From contig JABHGC010000237.1 in the NCBI GenBank assembly GCA_018672285.1, positions 17,883 to 81,882 of the forward strand: a stretch of DNA of 64,000 nt, read 5' to 3'. Below are positions 50,507 to 60,831 of the stretch, one piece after another. This DNA comes from Methylococcales bacterium. GTDB taxonomy: Bacteria > Pseudomonadota > Gammaproteobacteria > JABHGC01. Position 1 is the stretch's first letter. Each line of letters opens with the position of its first letter. The notes below the pieces were generated by a model that saw only the letters and a list, made by a program, of their open reading frames with translations, made no database searches and was not told the DNA's origin. Made by a program: the position numbers and the translations under genes.

Positions 50507-53500
50507 GTGCTGATTGTGCGATCAATGGAATTGAAACAGACAATACGGTCTGTGTTGGATGCTCGTTGGGTGTTGCCTGCAACGTTAGCCGCGTTACCGC
50601 AAGTCGCGAGTGCTGAGCTAACAGGCGAGAGTATTATCTCTGGTAGCGCGACTTTCTCAAGGCCAGATGCTAACACCACGGTGATTACCCAATCTTCAGA
50701 TAAACTGGTGATTAATTTCGATAGTTTCTCTATTGGAAGCAATGAAACAGTTCGTTTTATTCAGCCCAGTTCATCCTCTATTGCGTTAAACCGAGTGATT
50801 GGGGGCAGTGCCAGTAATATCTTTGGTCAGTTATCTGCCAATGGCAGTATTTTTCTCATTAATGCCGGTGGCATCTTCATTGCACCCTCCGCAAAGATCG
50901 ATGTGTCCAGTGTGATTGCGACCACTTTAGACATCGCCAATCAAGACTTCCTCAGTAATAAGTTCGAGTTTTCTAAAGTGAATGGTTCGGCCTTAGGTAA
51001 GGTTGTGAACGAAGGTAATATCCAAGTTGCTGAGCGGGGTTTTGCAGTGCTTGCGGGTGACTACACCGAGAATAGTGGCATTATCCAAGCCAAATTAGGC
51101 TCTGTGGCATTGGCCTCAGGCAGCCGGGTGTCGTTGGATTTAGCCGGTGATGGTTTAATTCAGTTTTCTGTGGATGAAGCCAGTGTTGATGCATTATCAG
51201 GTGTCAGCAACGTCGGCCAGATCACCGCCCTTGGTGGCAATGTGGTGATGACCGCTAAGGTGGCGAATGATTTAGCCTCCACAGTGGTGCAAAACAGCGG
51301 CATCATCAGTGCAGAAAGCATTGTTGAGCGTGATGGCAGTATCTTTTTATCGGGTTCAGGTGGAGATGTCATTAACGATGGCCAATTATCTGTGGTGAGC
51401 CGCTCTGAAGTGAATGGCGGAACGGTCATTGTTCAATCAGACAGTACAACCCTAATCGAAGGCAGTGGTTCAATTGACGCCAGCTCATTGAGTGGCGCGG
51501 GCGGACAAGTACAAGTACTCGGTGAGCGAGTGGGGTTGTTTGATCAAGCCAGTGTTTTGGCTTCTGGTGCGCTGGGAGGTGGAGAAATATTGGTTGGTGG
51601 AGACCAAGCTGGTCTTAACCCAGATATTCAAAATGCAAAACGCACAGCGATCACCTCAGAAACAACCCTTAATGCGGATGCGACACAAAGCGGCAATGGG
51701 GGAAAAGTCATTGTCTGGGCCGATGAGAATACTCAGTTTGAAGGGAATATTAGCGTTAAAGGTGGGCAGATCTCTGGTGATGGCGGTTTTGTTGAGGTCT
51801 CAGGAAAAGACAATTTACTTTTTGCCGGGCAGGTTGATACAGGTAGTGTGAATGGCGACATTGGGACGGTACTACTTGACCCTGCCGACATTACGATTAC
51901 TGATGGGGCTACAGCGGGAAGTTTAGATGGTGTCAATGTCGTTGCCTTTGCGGATGCCCCTGCAGGTAACGAGACAATATCAGAGGCTTCACTAGAAGGG
52001 TTGGTTGGGAATATTGTCCTGCAAGCCGATAATTCAATCACCATCAATGATTTGTCGGATAACGAGTTGGCATTGAATGTTGGTGTCGGCAATACCGTTA
52101 TCTTTCAAGCGGGTGGTAATATCGCTTTTCTTGGTGCGGATGATACGCTTACTTCAAATGGTGGCAACATACAAATTGAAGGCAGCTCTATTCATGGCAC
52201 AACATCTAATGCCAATACAAGCGTTCATTCGCTAAATGCAGGTGCCGGAGATATACGAATATTGGGCTTCAATGTATTTTTAGGGGGCGGTACGATAACC
52301 GGTAATATCATTGACGTAGGTTCCTTTGTCAGTGGTGGTAATGCGGGTGATTTTGGGGTAGGTTCTGCTGTCGTTACGAGTAATCAAGTGTTTGTCAGTC
52401 AAGCAACAACGATTAATGGCAATGTAGGTGGTTCGAGCTTGGTTGATTTTGATTCAACGGGGAGTTTGCAGTTGGATGCTGCATTAACCGTGAATTCAAC
52501 CAATGACATTACGGTGACGAGTTCAGCGGTTGATAGTCTTGGGGGGGGGGCAGTTTCACCTTTAAATCTGACATCAACCGCAGGAAGCATCACCATTAAT
52601 GCGGATTTACAGTCATCTAGTGGTAATGCGTTTACCTTAGATGCTGCAAGCAATATTACGACACAATTTATTAAGTCAGGGGGGTCGCCGGTGGCCTTTT
52701 TGTCTAATTTAACGGCAGGAAATTTATTAACCATTAATAATTTCAATGCGACAGAGGGGAGTTTAACCGCTATTAGTGGTGGCCTGACGACGGTCAATGG
52801 GTCATTCATCACGAATGGTGGTGATGTTAATATCACTTCAAATGGTGGTGTGTTAATTACGACCAATATGGATACAGCCGCTGGTGATATATCGATCACG
52901 AATTCGACGGTAGGCCTGATTAATTTCAATCCTGGATTTAGCACCACATCAGGTAATGTTACTCTCACAAACAATGCGAATGTCGCTGCTGGTGTGCAAA
53001 GTGGGTTTATTGATTTTGGCAGTGACATTACAACTGACAGTGGTAACGTCACAATTCAGGCGTTGGGTGATGGTAATGTGTTCATTCCTACGTTTGTAAC
53101 GAATACAGGTGATTTTGCCATATCGGCTACTTCAGGGAGTATCCTGTTTGATGGTCAAGGTAGTGGCACCAACCTATCTGGTAGTGGCAATTTCTCCGCA
53201 TCCACCGTATCGGGTGACATCACTTTTACAGCACCAATAACCGCCGTGAGTGGCAGTAGCTTGAGCATCAATAGTGGCGGCTCCATTAACATGAGTGGTG
53301 CGGTTAATACGAATGGGGGTAGTTTTAGCGCAAGTGGCCTTAATGCTGTCTTTTTGAGTACGACGTTTAATACCAGTGGTGGTGATTTTAGCGTTTTGGC
53401 AACGAATGGCAATATGGATCTTATTGGGCCTCAGGTAAGTACTTCAGGTGGCAATATCGTATTAACATCGCAAGGCAGTGGGTTTGTTCATACTGACAGT

Positions 53501-54745
53501 ATTTTGGATGCAGGCAGTGGTGATATTACGATTACGACAGATAATGATGCGTTTATACATAATAGTGTCACCGGTACAGGTAGCTTACTGATACAACCGT
53601 TCACTGCCGGGACATCGATTGATGTCGGAAATGGTGGAGGCAGTCAACTCATCATAGATTCAGGTGCAATATCACTCTTTAACTCGGCTTTGTCTAGTGT
53701 CACCATTGGGAGTGCCGGAGGGCAAAGCGCCATTACGATTGGGAGTGGTTTTACCCTCAATACCGATTTTGTCTTACAAGCCGATACCGTTACTCAGTTA
53801 AGTGGTGACACGGTGATTACTGCTGTTGCTGTCGGTTTAGATATACAAGCTATTGGCAATATCGATTTAAATAATATTGATGGCTTAGGTAATATTTTGC
53901 TATCAAGTAGTACGGGAAGTGTTTTGCTTGGTGCTGTAGACTCAGCAGGGCTTAGTGTTATTAGCGGTAATGATATTAGTATTAATGCGCTAACAGGCAG
54001 TATCGGCGATATTGTTTTGCAGGCGAATAACGATGTGAATGTATTGTCTGGTGGGAATATTAGAATTGCTTTGTCCGGTAATGCCATTGTTGGAAATGTG
54101 TTTATCACCGCGGATGCCGACGGGAATGGCGTCGGTAACCTGAATACGGATGCAGGTACGCTGATTGCCGGTCAAGATATTACTGTTTCTGCTGTTGAAG
54201 TGAATGATTTAGGCAGCTTTAATGCACTGTCAGGCGCACCTAGCATTACCCTGTCGTCATCAGCTGCAGATCAGGATGCGGCCATTTTAGCTGAGCAACA
54301 AGCGACGGCTGCTGCAGAAGAGGCCGCTTCTACTGCTGCAGAAACAACGACGACTACGACAACGGGATCAACCAGTACGGGGGGTGGTTTTGACAGCACA
54401 GCGTCAGCGCCAGAACCTGATACATCAACCGATACTGCTACAACGTCAGATGCTGGTACAACCGAGTCTGCCTCTTCAGATTCAGGCGCAGCTCCTGCAG
54501 ATGATACGAGTAATAGCGTCGAAGAGCCCGCGGCAGCGGATGCTGAAGCCGCACCAGAAGAGTCGGTTGCCGAAGGGGATTCAGGCACCGCTTCTGAAGA
54601 AGAACCTGCAGCAGAAGAAAGCACAGAGGGTGAAGCAAAAGAGGAAGTTATTGCGGGGACTGAAGACGAGGCACCATTAGAAGAGCAGCCTTTAATCGCG
54701 GTGGCAGATGTTGGTGATGGCGGTGGACAAGCATGTACGCCTTAG
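50507..54745 (+). CDS. Filamentous haemagglutinin-like exoprotein (TpsA-type, 1412 aa), paralogue of the preceding gene
   Basis: Very similar N-terminal ~750 aa and C-terminal tail; shorter, divergent centre. Confidence 0.9.
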   Translation: MLIVRSMELKQTIRSVLDARWVLPATLAALPQVASAELTGESIISGSATFSRPDANTTVITQSSDKLVINFDSFSIGSNETVRFIQPSSSSIALNRVIGGSASNIFGQLSANGSIFLINAGGIFIAPSAKIDVSSVIATTLDIANQDFLSNKFEFSKVNGSALGKVVNEGNIQVAERGFAVLAGDYTENSGIIQAKLGSVALASGSRVSLDLAGDGLIQFSVDEASVDALSGVSNVGQITALGGNVVMTAKVANDLASTVVQNSGIISAESIVERDGSIFLSGSGGDVINDGQLSVVSRSEVNGGTVIVQSDSTTLIEGSGSIDASSLSGAGGQVQVLGERVGLFDQASVLASGALGGGEILVGGDQAGLNPDIQNAKRTAITSETTLNADATQSGNGGKVIVWADENTQFEGNISVKGGQISGDGGFVEVSGKDNLLFAGQVDTGSVNGDIGTVLLDPADITITDGATAGSLDGVNVVAFADAPAGNETISEASLEGLVGNIVLQADNSITINDLSDNELALNVGVGNTVIFQAGGNIAFLGADDTLTSNGGNIQIEGSSIHGTTSNANTSVHSLNAGAGDIRILGFNVFLGGGTITGNIIDVGSFVSGGNAGDFGVGSAVVTSNQVFVSQATTINGNVGGSSLVDFDSTGSLQLDAALTVNSTNDITVTSSAVDSLGGGAVSPLNLTSTAGSITINADLQSSSGNAFTLDAASNITTQFIKSGGSPVAFLSNLTAGNLLTINNFNATEGSLTAISGGLTTVNGSFITNGGDVNITSNGGVLITTNMDTAAGDISITNSTVGLINFNPGFSTTSGNVTLTNNANVAAGVQSGFIDFGSDITTDSGNVTIQALGDGNVFIPTFVTNTGDFAISATSGSILFDGQGSGTNLSGSGNFSASTVSGDITFTAPITAVSGSSLSINSGGSINMSGAVNTNGGSFSASGLNAVFLSTTFNTSGGDFSVLATNGNMDLIGPQVSTSGGNIVLTSQGSGFVHTDSILDAGSGDITITTDNDAFIHNSVTGTGSLLIQPFTAGTSIDVGNGGGSQLIIDSGAISLFNSALSSVTIGSAGGQSAITIGSGFTLNTDFVLQADTVTQLSGDTVITAVAVGLDIQAIGNIDLNNIDGLGNILLSSSTGSVLLGAVDSAGLSVISGNDISINALTGSIGDIVLQANNDVNVLSGGNIRIALSGNAIVGNVFITADADGNGVGNLNTDAGTLIAGQDITVSAVEVNDLGSFNALSGAPSITLSSSAADQDAAILAEQQATAAAEEAASTAAETTTTTTTGSTSTGGGFDSTASAPEPDTSTDTATTSDAGTTESASSDSGAAPADDTSNSVEEPAAADAEAAPEESVAEGDSGTASEEEPAAEESTEGEAKEEVIAGTEDEAPLEEQPLIAVADVGDGGGQACTP

Positions 54746-54765
54746 TCAGGTGTTTTAATGGCGGG

Positions 54766-55200
54766 TTATTTCTTAAGTAGCTTTTTTAAGCATTTAATAT
54801 AAGATTTTTCATCGGGTTGGGTTTGATTGACCTGGGCATCATGCAGTGACTTTGCAAGGCACTCAATCATGGTGTGTTCCGTGTTGTGAACGTCAGGAGA
54901 GCCTTTACAGAGTTTCTGATAAATGGCGGTAATGCCTTTAGGTCGATTGGTTTGAACTTGTTCTTGTAATGAAATATGCATACCCATATGTAAAAATGGA
55001 TTACTCTCACCTGACTCTGGTAAGTAGTCTTTCTCTAAATGTTTGAACGGATTGTTGATGGTGGCATGATATTCTGGGTGGTCTTGAATAATGCTGGCAA
55101 TTAACAGTTCTAATGGTTCTAACTTGGCATTACTGTCTTGTGCTTTTTGCCAGGTATCAAAGAAATATTGGCGCATTTGGTTGCGGTCGTTAGAAAACAT
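54766..55200 (-). CDS. DUF1841 family protein
   Basis: MF..DR..MRQYFFDTW, HPEYH, NPFLHMGMHISLQEQ; follows nth as is common. Confidence 0.85.
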   Translation of the reverse strand: MFSNDRNQMRQYFFDTWQKAQDSNAKLEPLELLIASIIQDHPEYHATINNPFKHLEKDYLPESGESNPFLHMGMHISLQEQVQTNRPKGITAIYQKLCKGSPDVHNTEHTMIECLAKSLHDAQVNQTQPDEKSYIKCLKKLLKK

Positions 55201-55835
55201 TAAATCTCCGTCTTATCTTTATATTCGCACAAGTCATAAATTAGGCAGCTACCGCAACGTGGTTTTCGTGCAATGCAGGTGTATCTTCCAAGTAATATGA
55301 GCCAGTGGTGTGCATCTTGATGATAGGCTTTAGGAATAAATTTCATTAATTTTTCCTCCACGATGTTCACATTTTTTCCGGGTGCAATCTTGGTGCGATT
55401 AGACACTCTAAAAATATGTGTGTCGACAGCAATGGTGGGGTGGCCAAAAGCGGTGTTACGAACCACATTCGCCGTTTTATGGCCAACACCGGGTAGTGCC
55501 TCTAAAGCGACTTGATCATCGGGTACCTCGCCATTGTGCAGTTCTATTAGCATTTTGCAGGTTTTGATGGTGTTTTTGGCTTTGGTATTAAATAAACCAA
55601 TGGTTTTGATGTATGTTTTTAAACCTTCTTCACCTAAATCAAAAATAGCCTGAGGCGTGTTCGCAACTTTATATAGGGACTTGGTTGCTTTGTTAACGCT
55701 AACATCTGTCGCTTGAGCTGATAATAAAACAGAAATTAATAGCTCAAATGGGCTGTCAAAGTTGAGTTCTGTGGTTGGGTTTGGGTTGTGTTCTTTGAGA
55801 ATGGCAAAGATTTTTTCGCGCTTGTCTTTATTCAT
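55200..55835 (-). CDS. nth: Endonuclease III
   Basis: LLSAQATD, HhH LPGVGHKTANVV, VDTH, Fe-S motif C-x6-C-x2-C-x5-C. Confidence 0.97.
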   Translation of the reverse strand: MNKDKREKIFAILKEHNPNPTTELNFDSPFELLISVLLSAQATDVSVNKATKSLYKVANTPQAIFDLGEEGLKTYIKTIGLFNTKAKNTIKTCKMLIELHNGEVPDDQVALEALPGVGHKTANVVRNTAFGHPTIAVDTHIFRVSNRTKIAPGKNVNIVEEKLMKFIPKAYHQDAHHWLILLGRYTCIARKPRCGSCLIYDLCEYKDKTEI

Positions 55836-56511
55836 TAGTTGCAAGCACCACTTCGACCGGTTGGCTTTTTGCTTTTGCTGCTAAGCGGTCATCCACAATG
55901 TTTTTAATCGCCAGTAGGCCGCCTAAAACAATAAAAGCACCGGGGGCTAAAATGGCCAATAAAAATCCGCCATAATCAGCCGATAAAATGACGACGTAAG
56001 CTTTCGCCTGTTCTCCTAATAATAAGTCTATGCCCGAGAGCCAAGTACCCTGGCCAATCAACTCTCTTAGGCTACCGAGTATGATGAGTACTGCGCTAAA
56101 GCCTAGCCCCATAAAGAGCCCATCAATGAGAGAGGGTACAATATCATTGCGGGCAGCAAAGGCTTCCGCTCTGGCAATGATGGCACAGTTGGTGACGATC
56201 AACGGGATAAAAATACCCAGCACCAAATATAAACTGTGTAAATAGGCGCTCATCATCATTTCAATGATGGTGACGATGGAGGCAATAATCAGTACAAAGA
56301 CAGGTAGCCGTACTTCTGGTTGTACCCAGTTACGTACCCAGGAGACAATGCCATTTGATGCGATGAGTGTGAGTGTGGTGGCCATGCCTAAGGCAAAACC
56401 ATTGACGGCTGACGTGGTCACCGCTAGTAGAGGGCATAACCCCAGTAATTGAACTAAAGCTGGGTTGTTGTGCCATAAGCCATCTTTGATGATGGTGTGA
56501 GTATCGCTCAT
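55828..56511 (-). CDS. rsxE: Rnf/Rsx electron transport complex subunit E
   Basis: NPALVQLLGLCPLLAVT, FIPLIVTNC. Confidence 0.95.
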   Translation of the reverse strand: MSDTHTIIKDGLWHNNPALVQLLGLCPLLAVTTSAVNGFALGMATTLTLIASNGIVSWVRNWVQPEVRLPVFVLIIASIVTIIEMMMSAYLHSLYLVLGIFIPLIVTNCAIIARAEAFAARNDIVPSLIDGLFMGLGFSAVLIILGSLRELIGQGTWLSGIDLLLGEQAKAYVVILSADYGGFLLAILAPGAFIVLGGLLAIKNIVDDRLAAKAKSQPVEVVLATNE

Positions 56512-57122
56512 GGTAACTCCGCAAAAATGCTGTGTTGCTGTTGCTTAAAATAGCTGAGTGTATGCCGTGTTGCTTTAATGATGGCGCTCGGGCTAATGGT
56601 GGCGCCGGTGAGTTGGTCAAATTCACCACCTAATTTTTTAACCTGCCAGCCGCTCAAGCTTGGATTAGTGAGAGATTTTCCTGTGAACTGCTTTATCCAG
56701 TCTGATTTGCGAATTTCTATTTTATCCCCAAGGCCAGGTGTCTCTTTGTGTTTGTTTACTCTAACGCCTGCAATTTTGCCATTGGTGTAAATGCCAATGA
56801 GTAGCTCTATTTTGCCGCTGTAGCCATCAGGGGAGGTGGCACTGAGTACGGCTGCAACAGGTTTGTTATTGAGTCTTGCTCGGTAAATAGCGTGTTGTCC
56901 TGGGCCGAGTAACGCATCATTGCTTTGGATAATATCACCGGCTAAATCATTGTTATATTCATCTTCAGGAATCATGGTATTTAACTTCTGCAATAAAACG
57001 AGTTGCTCTTCGGCGGCAATTCTCTCTTCTGTGACTTCAAAAGTGGTGGATACCAAACCTGCGCTGATTAATGAGAAAATACTTAATACAGCCGCTGTTG
57101 TGATGATGCGCTTAATGTTCAT
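56508..57122 (-). CDS. rsxG: Rnf/Rsx subunit G
   Basis: PDGYSG, HKETPGLGD, FMN site DQLTGATIS; start placed at ATG 57122, overlapping the rsxD stop. Confidence 0.93.
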   Translation of the reverse strand: MNIKRIITTAAVLSIFSLISAGLVSTTFEVTEERIAAEEQLVLLQKLNTMIPEDEYNNDLAGDIIQSNDALLGPGQHAIYRARLNNKPVAAVLSATSPDGYSGKIELLIGIYTNGKIAGVRVNKHKETPGLGDKIEIRKSDWIKQFTGKSLTNPSLSGWQVKKLGGEFDQLTGATISPSAIIKATRHTLSYFKQQQHSIFAELP

Positions 57123-58117
57123 TGGCGCCCACCAAAAACACGAGGCTGTGTGTATTGATCCAGCATAGGGGCTGCCATATTCATTAACAATACAGCGAAA
57201 GCAATCGCATCTGGGTAGCCGCCCCACGTTCTAATGATATAAATTAAGATGCCGATACCCAGGCCGTAGTAAATCCGGCCTTTAATCGTTGTGGCGGCTG
57301 TAATGGGGTCCGTTGCAATGAAGAATGCGCCAATCATGGTCGCACCAGTGATGGTATGAAACCATGGTGTTGCGGTTGTCTCAGGATAAATGACATGAAT
57401 AATGGCTGCAGTGATGATGAGCCCTGCTAGCATCGCAATGGGTATATGCCAAGTAATAATTTTTCGTGCCATTAAATAGAGGCCACCTGCAAGGTAGGCT
57501 ATGCTTAGCCACTGCCATGCAGGAATGAGGTTGAGTTCATTTACACGGTTAATGCTGTGGCTTAAGTTATTCTGTTTTAACTGGGTTTTAAGTTCATCTA
57601 GTGGTGTTGCGCTGGTTAAACTGTCTATATTCCATTGAGTGGGCATGCTTTCGCTGCTGATCGTCAACCAAACTTCAGAGAGTGATGCATCTGGTGTGAG
57701 TACCCAGTGCGTCATGATGGTTGGAAATGAGATTAATAATACGGCAAATCCAATCATCGCGGGATTAAACGGGTTGTAGCCAAGGCCGCCATATAAATGC
57801 TTGGCAATGATAATAGCAAAGAGGGTGCCAATAACCGGGATCCACCACGGCGCTAAAGGGGGGAGACAAAGGGCTAATAATAATCCGGTGATAACGGCGC
57901 TATAGTCACTTAAAAAAGGTAAAATAGGGCGCGCTCTCAGCTTTAATAGTATGGCTTCTGCAGTAACGGCTGTGATGATGGCGAGTACAATATTGAAGAG
58001 TACGCCCCAGCCAAAAAAATGAGTGGCCACAATGATTCCGGGAACCAATGCCAGTAGCACTTGCAGCATCATATCTGAAACGCCTAAAGGCTGTTGTACA
58101 TGAGGTGATGAATGCAT
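57119..58117 (-). CDS. rsxD: Rnf/Rsx subunit D
   Basis: SSPH, YGGLGYNPFNPAM, TSATPL, FFIATDP. Confidence 0.95.
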   Translation of the reverse strand: MHSSPHVQQPLGVSDMMLQVLLALVPGIIVATHFFGWGVLFNIVLAIITAVTAEAILLKLRARPILPFLSDYSAVITGLLLALCLPPLAPWWIPVIGTLFAIIIAKHLYGGLGYNPFNPAMIGFAVLLISFPTIMTHWVLTPDASLSEVWLTISSESMPTQWNIDSLTSATPLDELKTQLKQNNLSHSINRVNELNLIPAWQWLSIAYLAGGLYLMARKIITWHIPIAMLAGLIITAAIIHVIYPETTATPWFHTITGATMIGAFFIATDPITAATTIKGRIYYGLGIGILIYIIRTWGGYPDAIAFAVLLMNMAAPMLDQYTQPRVFGGRQ

Positions 58118-59691
58118 TATGTCGGCTCTTTAGGTGAGTTATTAGTTGGCTCGTTTGTCGTTTTTGCTTCTTCTTGTTGTGCTTTTTTTGCTTTTACACG
58201 TGCCATTGCTTCAGCGATCGCAGCTTTTTTAGCGGCTTTATCATCACTGGATTCGCTGTTTTTGAGTGCCTCTTTTTTCTTTCTGCGCTTGGCTTCCATT
58301 TCGGCTTTTTTCTTTTCGGTTCTAGCTATCCGAGCTTCGTGACGGTCTCTTGCGATATCGGCTTTTTCTTTTTCTACGGCTTGGAGTTGAATGTCTGCTT
58401 TTGCAAATCGGTAGTATTGCACAAGAGGGATATGGCTTGGGCAAATGTAGGCGCAAGCACCACATTCAATGCAATCAAATAAATGGTGTTGTTCTGCTTT
58501 ATCCAGTTCTTTCGCTCGGGCAAACCAATACAGTTGTTGTGGCAATAAGCTGGCAGGGCAAACTTCAGCACATTTACCGCAGCGAATGCATGGCATCGGT
58601 GTTGGTGGCTTTTCCTGTTTGTTAACCAAAATACAATTAATACCTTTGCTAATAGGCGCTGTATTTTGCTTTAACTCGAACCCCATCATAGGGCCGCCAG
58701 CAATAAAGCTTGAATCCGCTTTAATGTTGCCATGTTGTTGTAATAAAAAGTCAATGGGGGTGCCGAGTAACACTTCGTAATTTTGCCCGTGCTCAAGGTT
58801 GTTGCCTGTGACAGTGACGATTCTAGATAGCAGCGGACGGTCGTACACCACCGCTTGATAGGTGGCAAAAGCGGTACCGACATTTTGGCAAATGACGCCA
58901 ATCTGTGATGGAAAGCCACCACTAGGAACTTCTCTGCCTGTCAGAACCTTAATCAGCTGTTTTTCACCGCCGGTTGGGTAAATAGAAGGAATGCGCTCGA
59001 TGACGATGTCGTGGTGGTTGGATGCTTCTAGTGCTTTGCTAATGGCGTTGTATGCGGCAACCATATCGGTCTCAATACCGATGATGATGTGTTTAACGCC
59101 GAGTATGTGTCGCATGATGATGGCGCCACACAGTATGTTGTCACTGTGCTCACGTAGCAGCATATCGTCACAGGTGATGTACGGTTCGCACTCTGCGGCA
59201 TTAATAATGAGCGTATCTAGGAGGGTGTGCTGCCCAGGGTTCAATTTGACATGGGTGGGGAAGGTAGCTCCGCCTAAACCGACAATGCCTTTGCGTTGAA
59301 TGAGTTTGACTAAGGTTTGGCTGGAGTGGCCAAGTGGGTTGTCTTTTTTAGGGTGCTCTGAGACCCATTGATCCTTGCCATCGGTTGTGAGCACAATGCA
59401 CTTGTGGCTTAGACCAGATGGGTGGGCAATTGGGCGCTGTTCAATGGCGCTAATGGTGCCAGAGGTTGGTGCGTGAATGGGGGCGCTGATGTTGCCTTCA
59501 CAGCGAGCAATGAGTTGGCCTTTAAAAACGGTATCACCAACATTGACGATGACTTTCGCTATGTGCCCAATATGCTGTTGTAAAGGCAGAATTAGCTCGG
59601 GAGGGGTGGGGCATTGAGCAATAGGGGTTGTTGTTGAAAGCAGTTTATGGCGTTTTAATTGGACGCCACCATGAAAGCTGGAAAGGGTCAT
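58117..59691 (-). CDS. rsxC: Rnf/Rsx subunit C
   Basis: [19 protein letters not shown], two CxxCxxCxxxCP ferredoxin motifs. Confidence 0.96.
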   Translation of the reverse strand: MTLSSFHGGVQLKRHKLLSTTTPIAQCPTPPELILPLQQHIGHIAKVIVNVGDTVFKGQLIARCEGNISAPIHAPTSGTISAIEQRPIAHPSGLSHKCIVLTTDGKDQWVSEHPKKDNPLGHSSQTLVKLIQRKGIVGLGGATFPTHVKLNPGQHTLLDTLIINAAECEPYITCDDMLLREHSDNILCGAIIMRHILGVKHIIIGIETDMVAAYNAISKALEASNHHDIVIERIPSIYPTGGEKQLIKVLTGREVPSGGFPSQIGVICQNVGTAFATYQAVVYDRPLLSRIVTVTGNNLEHGQNYEVLLGTPIDFLLQQHGNIKADSSFIAGGPMMGFELKQNTAPISKGINCILVNKQEKPPTPMPCIRCGKCAEVCPASLLPQQLYWFARAKELDKAEQHHLFDCIECGACAYICPSHIPLVQYYRFAKADIQLQAVEKEKADIARDRHEARIARTEKKKAEMEAKRRKKKEALKNSESSDDKAAKKAAIAEAMARVKAKKAQQEEAKTTNEPTNNSPKEPT

Positions 59692-60242
59692 TGTGTTGGC
59701 TCCTGCTGATCAGGATGTAGCCAGGTCCAGTTGTTTAGAGTGGTTTCAACTATGGGCATGTCAATACAGTCCACGGGGCAGACGGGGACGCATAATTCAC
59801 ACCCGGTACACTCTTTTTGATAGACCGTGTGCATCATTTTTCCGGTGCCGATAATGCAGTCAACGGGGCATGCTGTAATACATTTGGTGCAACCAATGCA
59901 TTCTGGTTCTCGAATGTAAGCCACCATTTTTGGCTTTTCAATTCCGTTTTCTTCATTAAGGGGTTTGATTTCTTTATCGAGTAAGTCAGCAAGCTGGATA
60001 ATGGTGGCTTCACCCCCTGGAGGGCATTGGTTGATATCTGCTTCATCTGAGGCAATGGCTGTTGCATAGGGTTTACAGCCTGCAAAACCACATTGTCCAC
60101 ATTGTGTTTGCGGTAAAATGGCATCAATTTGGTCAACAATAGGGTCTTCATCAACATGAAAGCGGATAGCTGAATAGCCTAATATCAGGCCAAATATAGT
60201 CCCTAAAGCGGTAAGGATGAGGATGGCGAAAAGGATGGTCAT
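59688..60242 (-). CDS. rsxB: Rnf/Rsx subunit B
   Basis: [15 protein letters not shown], two ferredoxin motifs. Confidence 0.96.
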   Translation of the reverse strand: MTILFAILILTALGTIFGLILGYSAIRFHVDEDPIVDQIDAILPQTQCGQCGFAGCKPYATAIASDEADINQCPPGGEATIIQLADLLDKEIKPLNEENGIEKPKMVAYIREPECIGCTKCITACPVDCIIGTGKMMHTVYQKECTGCELCVPVCPVDCIDMPIVETTLNNWTWLHPDQQEPTQ

Positions 60243-60829
60243 TACTTGATCAACCCTGTGAATCCCATGAATGCCAGTGACATTAGGCCGGCTGTGACCA
60301 TGGCGATCGCATTACCTCTAAATGCATTCGGGACGTCTGCTACGGCAATGCGCTCACGCATTGCTGAAAATAACACCAATACTAGAGTAAATCCCATCGC
60401 AGAACCAAAGCCATATACAGCTGATTCAAAGAATCCGTGGTCTTTTTGTGTGTTTAATAAAGCCACGCCAAGTACGGCGCAGTTTGTGGTGATTAACGGG
60501 AGGTAAATACCGAGGACTTGATGTAACAGTGGGCTGGTTTTCTTAACTGCCATTTCGGTGAACTGCACCACAACAGCGATCACCACAATAAAACTGATGG
60601 TTCTTAAAAACTCGATGCCATACGGTTCTAGGAGGTAGTGATTGACGAGATAGCTGCAAACGGAAGATAGGGTCAGTACAAAAGTGGTGGCAAGCCCCAT
60701 GCCGATAGCCGTTTCATATTTACGTGAAACGCCCATAAATGGACACAACCCTAAAAACTGTGAAAGCACAATGTTGTTGACCAACACTGTACCGAGCAAA
60801 ATCATTAGAAATTGTGTGATTGAGTCCAT
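60242..60829 (-). CDS. rsxA: Rnf/Rsx subunit A
   Basis: [23 protein letters not shown]. Confidence 0.96.
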   Translation of the reverse strand: MDSITQFLMILLGTVLVNNIVLSQFLGLCPFMGVSRKYETAIGMGLATTFVLTLSSVCSYLVNHYLLEPYGIEFLRTISFIVVIAVVVQFTEMAVKKTSPLLHQVLGIYLPLITTNCAVLGVALLNTQKDHGFFESAVYGFGSAMGFTLVLVLFSAMRERIAVADVPNAFRGNAIAMVTAGLMSLAFMGFTGLIK

Positions 60830-60831
60830 CG

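Noticed and set aside
45159-54680. Many long antisense or alternate-frame ORFs inside the FHA-like genes (e.g. 49227-50267, 45993-46790)
   Set aside because: Shadow ORFs caused by biased low-complexity codon usage; no independent protein features.
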